Shown here: in pieces, positions 49,281 through 61,369 of the stretch
Numbering within the stretch: the first letter of the stretch is position 1
Layout of the letters: every line of letters begins with the position of its first letter
Source: Utricularia gibba
Lineage: Eukaryota > Plantae > Magnoliophyta
DNA length: 64,000 nt
Direction: 5' to 3'
NCBI GenBank assembly: GCA_002189035.1
Contig: CM007991.1
Span: 3,100,001 to 3,164,000 of the forward strand
Translations under genes and position numbers: made by a program
Notes under the pieces: generated by a model
Seen by the model: only the letters and a program-made list of their open reading frames with translations
The model's database searches: none
What the model was told of the DNA's origin: nothing

Positions 49281-51552
49281 CTACATCTTCTGCTGCAAGA
49301 CCTGGCGTAGCTGAACCTTCCGGTTGTCCATACGTGCTTCCATCAGTCTGGCCTTCAAGCTACCCTTGACACCACTTCTTGGCCATTCAATGCACCCTTT
49401 AGCCTGAGCTCCATGCCGCTTTCCAGACTCTGGTGAGCTAGTTTGCTTGGCCAAATCATAGTGGATGAAACCACCCTTCTCGGAGCCGTTTTCCTTCGAC
49501 GTGATGGTTCCATTTGAAAGCCTTGAGGCAGCGTTTCCATCAACGGATATGGTTTTGTAGTTGTCTCCATTGATAGGGCATGACTTCCATTGCTTTGTTG
49601 CAGTTGAGCCCTCCCTCACTTCCATGATCGAAGACTCGGCTCCTATGCCGGTCTCCCTTCGTGTCCTTGCCCTTGAAGCGTTCTTGACTCGAAAACCTTT
49701 ACCAACTGAGGGATCGCTGCCATAAGTTGAGTAACTGGAGCCTCGATCATCCTCAGCCTGGCTCACAGTCTCCCATTCACTGGTATCATCCTCAAGAGCA
49801 CCGCTTCGATCCATGTACCCATTGTGTTGGATTCGAGTCATGTCTCCTCTGCTAACTGTCTTCACTTCCGGACTCATGGTGTGGATGATAGAAGCATGGC
49901 TCATGGGACTGTACCCTACAAATGGTTCTTCATCTCCCTTGTGCTGAGATTCCTCCATCACATTTTCGAAGATGGAGAAGATCTCGTCTTGGTTTGGGGG
50001 CTCATACTCCATGTTCCTGACATCCTGCATGTTGACAGATGCAGCAACCTGTTTAAGGAATTGGGCTTTCTTGATCTCCCCTGAATCCACTGTTTGAGCT
50101 GTAGACCTCAGGAAAGCATCCAGATCAGATATCAGCTGGTTCATCTGGTTGTATTTCTCCTCAAGCATTACCTTGGCGTCCACCAACTTCATTTGTACAC
50201 GTTCCTCACGCCAAATCTCAGCCATCTGCAGCATCTTCCTTTCGTCTTCAACTTCCTCGCGCACTCGTATCGTCTCCTGTTTCAGTGCTTCCACCTCCGC
50301 CTTGTCTTCTCCAATCTCCTTGGCAAGCTCATCGCATACCTCCTCTATAAGCTCACGAGACTTGCGTTCCTTCTCGTACTCCTGAGCATACCGCTTTGCT
50401 GATAACTTGGCGTTTGACAACTCATTCACCAGCCTAGAATTCACCACCTCCAGCCTTTGGCGGTTTTTCTTTTCTTGGTGCAGTTCATCTTTCATGTCGT
50501 TTATTATAGCACGGACTTTATCATGCTCCCTGCTCCTCCAGGCAGCCTTCTCTTCGCTGACCTTTTCAAGGAACTGTTTGAGCTTTTTATTCAAGGATTT
50601 GCGCTCGGTTTCAAGCTCATTTATTCTGGCTTTTGCCTGATCCAGGTCTGACTCAAGGGCAGATATAATGGCAGCAGAACGATGCTCACTAGGCTTGAAT
50701 GTCTTCATTGCTCCTTCAATCTCTGCGTTCGGGTACTGAAACAGTGGCTCAAACTGCAAGTTCAGTACACTGAAGTAGAGAAACGGAGGCATAAAGAAGA
50801 GAAATACCTTCAGAGGATGCCCTTGTCTTGCACCAGATACCGAATGCCGGCTGCTCGTTGCATCCCCATGTTTACAAGACGTGTGTTCTCTCCACCACTT
50901 CTTCCTCCAGTCTGCAGACCAAGATGAACTCTGGTTATCACTCATGAATTACAAATAATGAAGATTTCGTGGCATCCCATCCCTGCACCAAGAACAACTG
51001 AGCAGAATGGAACTGAAAACGAGGCGTTCTTGTTCCTAAAAGTACCAAGATCATGTATACTGTAACAAGAATGCACAGTCAAATGGCATCTAATATCAGC
51101 AACAGCATACTTGTGGTATGTTTATGGCGATGAATGATCCGTGAAAGGGAAAACAAATCTACCTGAGCACCAACCCTTGGGTCCTGAGCGTCAGGCAATT
51201 TCATTCTCCAGAGCCCTGCGGCGAGTTTCCTTGCTGAGACGGCTGCCCTAATTCGGCCTCCTACGCCTTCGCGGGAGTGCTGTTGGTCTTCCATGGACTC
51301 GTCATTATACGCGACGCGCTCATCAAACTTCCATTTAAGCAAAGGGGTTTCAGGCCTGCTACACATTCTAGCAGACGGATCCAGGGATTCCCTTCTCAGC
51401 CTGAATCCACGCCTGGAACTCCTCGCTCTCCGGCGAGGCGGCTTCCGCGTAGGAAGACTAGGTCTTCCGCGGAGATCTGTAGGCTGCGGAGGGTTTTCCG
51501 ATGGCTGGATTTCTTGAGCGCCGGGTCTTTCATTAGTCACAGTGACCTTCAT
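49281..51552 (-). CDS. Plant coiled-coil protein of the BRANCHLESS TRICHOME-like / At5g41620-like family
   Basis: SRPETPLLKWKF, VSARKLAAGLW, ALESDLDQAKARINELE, ERKSRELIEEVCDELAKEI, ERKMLQMAEIWREERVQMKLVDAK and C-terminal SLKARLMEARM..QLRQVLQQKM. Confidence 0.85.
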
Positions 51553-53698
51553 TGCTACCGCTGCAAAAGAAAAGAACAACCTCGGCCCAGCTTCTGCGAC
51601 TCACGAGGCGGCGCGTGAGCATCCGAATCTTCCGAATGCGAGGAATGCGCAAAGTTCCGCTTCGAATCTTCAGATCAGGCGCGGCGGTGGATAAAATGTG
51701 GGGATGTGTAGATCAGTATCAGTCAACGTCTCCCGAGAGCACAACCAAAAGAAGGGGATGGATTGGGTTGGATTGGGAACACACTGAAACGACGTCGTAA
51801 TAGCAACTCGCCAATTGGACCGTAAAAAGCCCCGGCCCAATTCACACCAACTGCCACCAATATATATATATTTTTTATGGATCCGAAATTGGAGAAAATT
51901 CTCTCAATCTCTTTTCAAAATTTTTTGGTGCTTTATTACTTTATTTTAATTTTTAAAATAACAAAATAAGCTAAATAGGTAACAAAAAGCTATTTTAATT
52001 TTTTAAAATGTAATAAACAAAGTATATGTGGCCTCTCCAAAAATAACTTTTTTAGCATTATTGTATTTATATTTATTTATTATTAAAATAATAATTTATA
52101 TTATATAGGAAAAGGTATTATGGTGGCGTGCATTATTATATTAGGTGCAGACATAAAGCCATTGAGCATCAATTGCCCCCAAATTATTGAATTCGATTTT
52201 TGGGGTAGATTCTAAAACCTAAATTGAATTATCTGCGGCTAATTACGAGTATTGCCTCCGGAGATTTACATCACTTCTGCAGTCAAGTTGGTACAAGAAG
52301 AGAGATAATCTTGAGCCGTTGACGGAGGTCATCTTTTCTCTGGTAGTAATTTGTTTTTTTTTTTTAATCTTTATTGCTCCCAATTTTTGTTTTGCATTTG
52401 CTCGCGGGTGTGGTTCATGTCTTGCTATCGACGTATGCATGCTTGTTGTGCCGTGGATTGATCTGATTGTTGCGAAGATGGGTTTCGTCAATTAATGGGT
52501 TTTTTGTAGTGTTGTGATTTTTAGCAGTTGTTTAGGTGTGAACATCTCATCCCAGAAGGAATGAATAGACCGACTTTTTGGGTGTTATATCAGGATATTT
52601 TTCTTTGTTAGTTTGGTGGGAATTTGATTTTTGTCTGAACGTAGAAATATACGACGCAGTGTTGCTGTGCTAACTCCATTGATCGAACTAGAGATAAGAG
52701 TGTTCCCTATGAAAGTTCGTTCTCCACTCGCTGATCCTTACTGGCGACTTTAGGAGAACGATCGGTTGAGATGACATCAACAGTGCATTCTTTTAAATAA
52801 CCTGACGGATTTGCTTCAGATGCTGAATATGCCTCCGGGGTTTAGTTCTCATCTTATTCTTCGCATAAAGAGTCGAACTTGGTCAATTAAAAACTTTTGA
52901 TAATATTTAGTTAGGAAACGATGGCGATGCTGGGCCTTCTGTGTGTTATGCCGTGTACGGAAACCTAAGCGTTTCATCAGGTGACGATTTGCATGGAGTT
53001 TGGTTGATTTTCGTGGGGTGAACGCCTGGATATCACCTGGTTATTTAAATTAACGAAAATTTGTGGGAAAGAAACTCATTAGGCTCATTTTCAGGAGCAA
53101 AGTTCAGATTGCTGGTTCAATCCACAGCATTGTTTCATTGTGAAGGACTAATCTAGTTTGCCTTTTGATGATTCAGATTATATAGTACTTGCTAACTATT
53201 TGATGGTAGTTACCCCCAGAGTGAGGACTGTCCCTGGGCTGTGTCTAAGCCTCGATAATTTGATAATAACTGATAATTCTGATTCTTTCAGAAAATGAAT
53301 GAAGGTGTAAAGGTTTTGTCAAAGTGGACAGAATCATAAAAGAGTTCAGTTGATGTGTTATTATTCCGCCTCATTCATATTTGTCTACTTGCGGAAATGA
53401 GATTGTTATTCTGGAGCTACTGATGCTGTTGAGAGATTTCGCAATAAATTTCTTTGTTGCATAAATCAAGAAGTTTTCTTTCAAGTTCTGGTTTCAAGCT
53501 ATATGTCATGTCTGCTTTTTGTAACACTACTGTTCCCTGCGCAAGTCATCTGCTTAGTATGTTTTTATCACTCATTTGTGTCCATGGAAGGTGTAAATCT
53601 CAATTTTGTGCAGGATATAAGATATATATTGCCAGGCAGGAGTGAAGAACTAGGTGACACTTGTCTGCCTAGTTGTTTGCTTTTTTTTACAGCTGTAA

Positions 53699-54858
53699 AT
53701 GAACCCATTCACTCAAGGTGAGACCTCTGGTGGCCCATCAATTCATCCAGAAAAGCGTAAGCGTGGCCGTCCTCGGAAGGATAAAACCCTGAAGAACATT
53801 GAACCCTTTCGTGTGACATTTGGTTCTGATGGGGCTCAGTCCATGGTTGGCCAACCGGTAGCTGGTTTCATTGAGGCCTCCTTTGATGCTGGTTTCTTGC
53901 TGACTCTCAGAATCGGCAACTCCACTACAAATTTGAGGGGTGTTGTTTTCAAGCCAGGGCATTTTGTTCCCATCACAGCTGAAAATGATGTTGCTCCACA
54001 ACTTCAGATGATCGGTGGTGATGACCTCAATTTTCCACCTGAAAATCGAAGTTGGTCTCATCGTCCAAAACTTGCCATCGTAAAAGCCCGTGCTAAACGT
54101 GGATCTGCAACTCCAACCTCTGCTTCTGTTCCTTCAGTGGGTGGTAGAGGTAATGTGGTTCCTGTCGTTCTTCCACCTGTTGGTTTGCCTAGCCGAGTGC
54201 CAACTTCCAGCCAAATGCCTCCAGATGTGCACATGGTCGAGCCACTGTCTGTTGTTCCTCCAAATCGAGCGATTCCAGTCGAGCAGAGGCATGTTGTTTC
54301 ACCTCTTCCCACAAGCCACCAAGTTTCCCAGGGAAGCCAGCAGCAGAATTTCAGTGGAGGAACATCCAGCTTTGGACTCCCGGAAAAGGCAACACCAACA
54401 GAATCAACGGATACGGATGACATGAGCTCCTTGGAATCATCTGATGCGCAAACTGAGAATGGCATTGAAGAGGAGTTAGATGCTTCTGGAGAAGAAGAAT
54501 TAGGTATTGTTGCAAAGCAAGAAGTCACCAGCGGGGATGGAATGTTTCCTGCTGAACCTTCACGAGATGCTTCCACAGCAAATTTCGTCGTGTCACCACA
54601 AAATGCTCCAGCAAGTCCATTATTCAGTTACACGCCCGGAAGAATGACTGATCTCTTACAGGTATGAAGAAAGCAGCAAATTTGGAGACATTCATGATTG
54701 TTACTCTTGAAAATGCCGTCTCTCACATATCCTGGTTTTAGGCTGTTCAGGAGAACATCAAAGACAAGCAAGTGCAGGTTGCTGAGCAGCAGACACCATC
54801 CACTTCCAAAGTTGAGTTCAATGAACTTGGGACATCAGTAACGTATCCTAACAACTGA
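53699..54858 (+). CDS. AT-hook protein (METABOLIC NETWORK MODULATOR 1-like)
   Basis: KRKRGRPRK AT-hook, MVGQPVAGFIEASFDAGFLLTLRIGNSTTNLRGVVFKPGHFVPITAENDVAP and C-terminal GRMTDLLQ|AVQEN. Last exon ends at 54858. Confidence 0.85.
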
Positions 54859-55455
54859 ACTTTACTGCGACAAGAAATCCATAAAGCTGCTGTTGATCTT
54901 GTAATGTATGTGGGATATGGTTTGTACACATGGGGGTCCATACTGATGCTGGGACTTCTGGAGGCCTGTTTCTACGGTACCTTGATTTCCAGGTACTCTG
55001 TTGCATGAATGATATACTTGCGGTACAGCATAAATCGTGTAGATTTTAGATGGTCTCAGAATACGAACAAGGAATATTTCACCAGTGTTGAACAATTACC
55101 AGATGGTTTTCTCTGTGAAACAAATTGCTGTTTATCATTCAAGTTATTCATTCCTAACTCTTGCTCGAGCACACATTAGCAAAGGAATGTCTCCTACATG
55201 AAAAGCCATCTGGGTCAATGCATTCAGGTAATATTAAGGGATGCACATTTCCTTCCATATGCATTGTACAAGAAGCATCTGCTGATAAGAGCAAATATCA
55301 GTTATTCAGATGCATTTACAAAGAAATTGTGGAACCTAGGCTTATGCATGCTACCTTTCTATACAAATAAAACACTATGAGTTTTACTTCATAAGGACCG
55401 TGCATGATACAACACAAAACTACCAGCTTTTAGCAGCTATAACGGCTTCTGTCTA

Positions 55456-58284
55456 TCAGCACCCGTCTGGTCTGTAGTAATCTGGAGGTAATGAAGGGCA
55501 CTTTTCATTCATGTGAGGGTAAGGATCCATTGTATTGTACCCCGGTAATTCCATGCGATATTTCCCTCGAATCTGGCAGAATGTTGGTTCATAATTATCA
55601 CACCACGATGGCAAGCGGCTTGAGTTGTTCTCGAAGAACTTGAGAGAGTAAGCATCCTTTATCTGAAATTGCAAGGATTAGATGGTTGATTAAGCAGATA
55701 AATATCATGCTTATCGACATAAAGCATCCCATATATTGCAGATTCATTGAAATTCATGCACTTTCATCGAAATTCTCCTTGCGTGTTATTTTCGAACTCA
55801 AATGTAGGCATTACCGTGAACTCAGTGACTTGTATGGAGCTCGAAAGTTCACCGAACAACCCAGCTTCTTTGTATAACTCGAAGACAAATGCAACGCAAG
55901 AAGTTGATTTTCCGTCGGCATAAATCCAATCATCTCGCTCAGGAATGGCCAAAAGTTTACCAAATGATGATCCACGCTTTTCAACTTCTATGAGGACTTC
56001 AGAAAGACTCAAGTTCTGCAGACAAAAAAAGTTATGCCATGAATCTTGAATCAAGTAATGAATGTTAGGCTTCAGAAACTAATGCAATGACCCTATGATC
56101 AACGACAACGTGTATATGCTTAAAACCTGAGTGTTCAGCCGTTTATTCAGTGCTTCGTTCCACATATTTCCAGCATATGCCGGCTTCATCTGAGTCCAAA
56201 CAGTCATCACAGACGCAACCTTAGAAGAGTATGGAAGAAACTGTAAGTTAGACGAACAGGGGGTGCAATGTTATGATGAGCAATGAGTTATGCCAAAAAA
56301 AGATAGCTACGTAACAGAACAGTGGCTCTTTAAAAATACCAACTTCCGAAACACACTAATTTCACAGATAATGCAACCTTCCATCCGCTCCGGAAAGCCT
56401 TGTAACTCAGGTTTCAGAATCAAACGGTGCAACACAAATTAAAGGATGTGTGGTAAAGATGAATATTTTTTAGCCAATAGTTATTTTTAAGAGTCAATTA
56501 AAAGTACCAGATGTGCATCAAGAGGTTCTGGGTAATTTCCGCGGGCGGTATCAATCCAACTGAATATAAGGTTATGATACCCATATGGCAATCCCTCCAT
56601 GCTTTTTGCAAATTCCCATGCAGCAGTCTCATTGAACTTTTCCCGCAATGTGGGATGCAAAGGCAGCAGAGCTATATGTGGATTAGAGTCGTCTTTCGTC
56701 AGCTCAAGTTCCCACCACTCATCCCACGGTAAAATAGCAATGACATCATCCCCCTAGAAAACACATGATAAGATCTCAACCATACTGTGACATCGGGTAA
56801 AGAAGATGTTAAAAAAAAATCCGAGTTGGATACAAGATACTCATTAAAAAAACGCCCCGTGAGAAGAAATGGTGCACACTTCAAAAATTTGGGCACAAAA
56901 GTCAAGCACTTACAGCTTCATTTTCATGCCCCGATTCTGCAACCCAGAGCTTTCCCTCAGAGTCCCTCAAACATACAGCAGAATGGCCAGCATAAGATCC
57001 AGTAACCCACTTTTCTAGAGTTTCAAAAGCACCCCATCGGCCACGGATTTTTGACAAGGCAAGGAAATCCCCAGAATGAATCTCATCAGCAGATATGTTG
57101 GTGACCCAAGGTTGCGGACGTATCTCAAAGCTAGCACCCATGTGCTTCTCTAAGAACGCAATATTTGAGTTTTCGCCCCATTGAGTGTTTGTGAACAAAG
57201 GAAAGACCTCCCAAAGTGCCTGGAGTGTTCCAATCATGCCTGCTTGCATGAGAAAAATTGAAACGCCCCGGTTTCTGACCTACTTGACATAAAAAGTCGG
57301 TCACAATTTAATATGAGAATTTTGAGCATGAACATATCATTTAAACAATTAGGCTTACATATTCAAGCTCGGCTTCTGATTCCCACTCTTTGAACTCAAC
57401 TGTATGTTCTCGAGACAGTAAGTAATAATCCCACGTAACGCGAAAAGGAGTTGCGAAGATATAAAGGTCGATGCACGTCCAACTATGAGCATTGCTGACC
57501 TACAGGGAAATAGAAGAACAATAGGAATGGTGGAAATAATACACTTAGATCAACATACCAAATCTGCCTCATCTCATGTTGTGCTAGCAAAGATCCTACT
57601 AAGGACCAGAAGCTTCCTCATTTTTTCTTTATAACAAAACTCACAAATTCTCTCCTCTAAACTTCAATGCGAAACAGAGGTTCTAATTTCGTGGTATTTC
57701 ATATTTGGAGCACTGAAAATGTAAATAGTTCAGGAAGACTTCGCATTAACTTGGTAGCATTGATGATGATTTCTTCCCCACCCCCAAAAAAAAGAAAAAA
57801 ATCTTCTTTTGACCTGAAATAAACTGATAAAAGAACAAGGCCCACTCCGCCGTTACATAGTTCAATTGGCATGAATCCTCCATTAATTTCAATCACACAA
57901 GAACCACAGCTAAAAAAATAACAGATGAAAGAAGAAAAGAGAATACCTTGATATGAAGTGTACCACCCCAAACTCACTCCCACTTTTATTATGCAATTCC
58001 AGCCATGCAGTGTTGTTATAAAAGCAAGCCCCCTTCCACTGCAAGTTCATTCCGTCATCAGACTTTGCTGCCCCCACAAACGACGGCAGAAGGTCCGCTG
58101 CATTCTCGAGCATGTTGAGAATAGGCCAAGAAACTTGCCTCGGTAGAAGAGGCAAAACATCCCTAGGACGAAAGAGTGCTTTCACAGCACCTACTTGGGA
58201 TGTATCCGCATCGAAACCAACAAGAATCAAGAAAACCACCAACAGGCTCCGAAGAGATAGGATCGAACTCCTGCAAACTGCCAT
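55456..58284 (-). CDS. Conserved uncharacterised secreted plant protein (At4g27020/At5g54870/At1g70160-like); predicted permuted NlpC/P60 fold
   Basis: Signal peptide, PRQVSWPILNML, WKGACFYNNTAW, SGDFLALSKIRGRWG, GHSAVCLRD, GLPYGYHNLIFSWIDT, TSCVAFVFELYKEAGLFG and the end MNEKCPSLPPDYYRPDGC. Multi-exon. Confidence 0.88.
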
Positions 58285-59785
58285 CACCAAAATCCCAAAG
58301 CCAGAACAAGGGATTTCGCGATGAGACCCGAGAGCATTTACGCGCACTGCAAACCACTCGAAGAAGAAATTACTTGCACGACAAAACTCGTTAGATTTAC
58401 GCGCGTGCTAACGTGCACCGATACCGTGAGCATTTAAACCGATCTGCAAACCGGGCCCAACAATCTGACCCATGACCCTTTTACCTAAAAATGGGCCTCG
58501 TATAATAAAATCCCTATAAGCCCAATTCCAAAATATGCATTTCTTATTTATAAATTAAAAAATTGCATTTTATTAGAACGTTGACTAGAAAACAACTTTA
58601 CTAAAATTGGAATGTATGTGTGCCTAACGTTTTCACCGTTTTGTGCATGACCATTTTTAGTACGCAAGTAAATGGAAAAACTTCATTAATTAATTAACCT
58701 GAACCACCGTACCCGTTTTGCCAAAACTAGTAAAATTGGGAATGAATTATAAAAGTAATTACACTATTTTTAATGTATAATAAAATAACAATCATATATG
58801 TAAAAAATTGATTTTAATGATTTAAACAGAAAAAACAGGATGACTACTTTTCAAAAATAATAGTAAAATTAGTGGGGGCGAGTGGTAGTATTTTAATTAA
58901 TTATACATCCGAATTTTTTGTTTTTATTATATTTAGAATCATAAATAAAACATTTATTTAAAAAATTAGGTATTTACCAGTATGCCCTTTTTAATAATAC
59001 GTTGCCTGTACGGACACCCCACTTCAATGTACTATGACAGTGTACTACTGTCCATAGCCAACTCCCCGGTCCGCCCTTGTTTCATACGGACGGACACGGC
59101 AATAGGTGGACACGGCTTCCTTCACATTCTTCCAAAAAAAACGAAAAAACAGCATAATAATATTGATGATATTATCAAATTATTCAAAAAAAAAAGAAAA
59201 TGAAGGAGAGGGACATATCTGGAGAGGTGACCGGAGCAGCGGGGGAGTGCCACACCATCAGAACACGTTGTCCATAGCATTTCTGATGGGGTAATTATAA
59301 GAGGTCCCGGTAGCAGGTGACACATTTATGATTATTACCGGCTCTTGTTAGAAGCGAAGGCTGTAGTATTATTATGGGCTCCCAATAGAAGTGACGGCTG
59401 TAATAGGCGCATGCCGTGGACTGCTGGGAAAAAATACTAGTGCCCATAAAGGAATGGTAGGGGAGTGTGACAACCGTCTCTGGGCCCCACGGCAGAAACA
59501 TAAATAAATATAATATATATATGTTTCCAAAAGAAGGGCAGAATAATGGCATGGCACCATTTAAGGCACAAAGCCCCACATTAATGTTGTTTGTTATGTT
59601 GATGAATGTGCATGTCATCCCGTCGACAATGTGGTTTCGAGTAAATGAAATACTTTTTTTATAAAATAGGGAACAGGATTTAATTGTCACAATTATAAAA
59701 ATGGGAAAATAATAAAAAAGGCGTGATAATTAGGACTTTATTAAGATAATAACCCAGGCGTGAATCTAATTTATGATGTTGGATT

Positions 59786-60547
59786 TTACTCATCCGGGTC
59801 AGGCTCCTGAGACACCTGGGTCCACTCCGGAGTAGTTTCCCCCATGAACGCGGCCGTGCGCCGGAGATTTTCTCCAACGCCATCTCCGCGGCCAGCCAGA
59901 ACTTGGTCTCGTCCAGGAACCTGTTCCACACTCCGCTCACTATACAGTAATTGTTGTTGTAGGGGAACGGTGGTGGGCTGCGTGTGGGGCCCTCGCTACC
60001 AAAACTCCGGCGTTCTGCAGTGCCGCCACGGCGGGAGGGGTCTTTCCTTTCGGCATATGCGCCCATAAATGGAACTGCTGGCTGAACATTATGCACGCCG
60101 CGAAAGTCGCCGCGAAGGCCAGATTAAAAGGGTCGCTCATGAACACGTTCACCGGGAGCACCAGCGCCGTCACCGCCGCCGCGGCGATGTACACGTTGTT
60201 AGCTAGCTGACGGCGCGTGATGGCCCATGGCTGCTGGTGGTGGCTCTGGAACGCCTCGATTTGCGCTCCGAAGAAGGGGTTTCTGCGCTGCCGTAGTTGT
60301 CGATGGCCCAATGGTAGATCCCGGTTGCGAGGTCCGCTGCCACGTACCCGAGGAAGGCGGCGGAGAGGGATTTGAGCCAGAGACGGGAAGAAGAGGTTTC
60401 TGCGACAAGAGAGGAAGTGAGCGAGATCGATTTGGCGGCGCCGTAGATAACGGTGGCACAGCCTGCTGCGAACCATCCACGGTGAGCCCAAGTGGAGGCG
60501 TGCCAATTATCCTGGTCTTCCTTCTTCATCGCCGGCGACTTCTCCAT
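59786..60547 (-). CDS. FAD4: FAD4-like fatty acid desaturase (TMEM189/Kua domain family); three apparent -1 frameshifts
   Basis: WHASTWAHRGW, GYVAADLATGIYHWAIDNYG, QIEAFQSHH, SQQFHLWAH, HAAHH, YNNNYCIVSGVWN and RPRSW. One continuous frame is restored by adding a base to the runs at 60276-60279, 59962-59965 and 59839-59843. Confidence 0.9.
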
Positions 60548-61369
60548 TGCTGCAGAACACGTGGGGGGAGATGAATGAAGGCAGCAACGCCTAGGCCTGG
60601 GTACTCGCACGCATTTATAAGAAAATGATACTAGCGTCAGATCACAAAGATAATAGTTCCCTGAATCGTTACATGACTGGACCGTGGTGCAACTTGTGAC
60701 ATCACATCACACATGAAGCTTCATTTACGCCAGTGTGTGAACCATATTAATTAGACTTATATGTAATACATTTATTTACATTTATGTGTATTAAAAATTA
60801 CATTTGTTCCCTTAAAAATGTTTTTTAATAATTAAATTTGAAATATTTACATAATATTCCAATCATGCTCTCTAACACTATTATTTTATGAAATTTGTCT
60901 TTAATTTTATTTTAAATATATATTTGTAAAATTAATTATTAAAACATATTTTTTGTATATATTTATCTAAACATACGTTAAATTTAAGATATTATTAATT
61001 AAACTCACTTCATCATTAAATATTATAATTTTTTATAATAAACCTGCATCCATGAGTTCGTTAATTGTGAGATTCCAATAACACCCTCAACTTCCCCGGT
61101 CCTTTCGATACATGGCATGGCTATAAATGTCATAATTTGTAACGAAGCATTTGACGCATTAAGACAAGTCGAGTAATAATAAAAGGACCGAACAAACTGC
61201 CGTATCCGATTATTAGCATTTGTTTAGTAGAAGATGCCTGAAAGGAGCCAGGAGGGTTGCACTGGCGCTGGGGAAGGGGCCAATTAAACGTGTCGGGTCA
61301 GAGGAGAATCAGAAGGGCAGTTGGCGATTTGAATGAAGATATTAATTCTTCCTTCCGGTGGATCGGATT

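Noticed and set aside
54058-54576. 172-aa minus-strand ORF
   Set aside because: Antisense shadow of the low-complexity AT-hook protein exon.
59839-60279. Programmed frameshifting or RNA insertion editing as an explanation for the FAD4-like frame breaks
   Set aside because: No slippery heptamer with a downstream structure, and the same lesion type occurs in five unrelated genes. Sequencing error is far more parsimonious.
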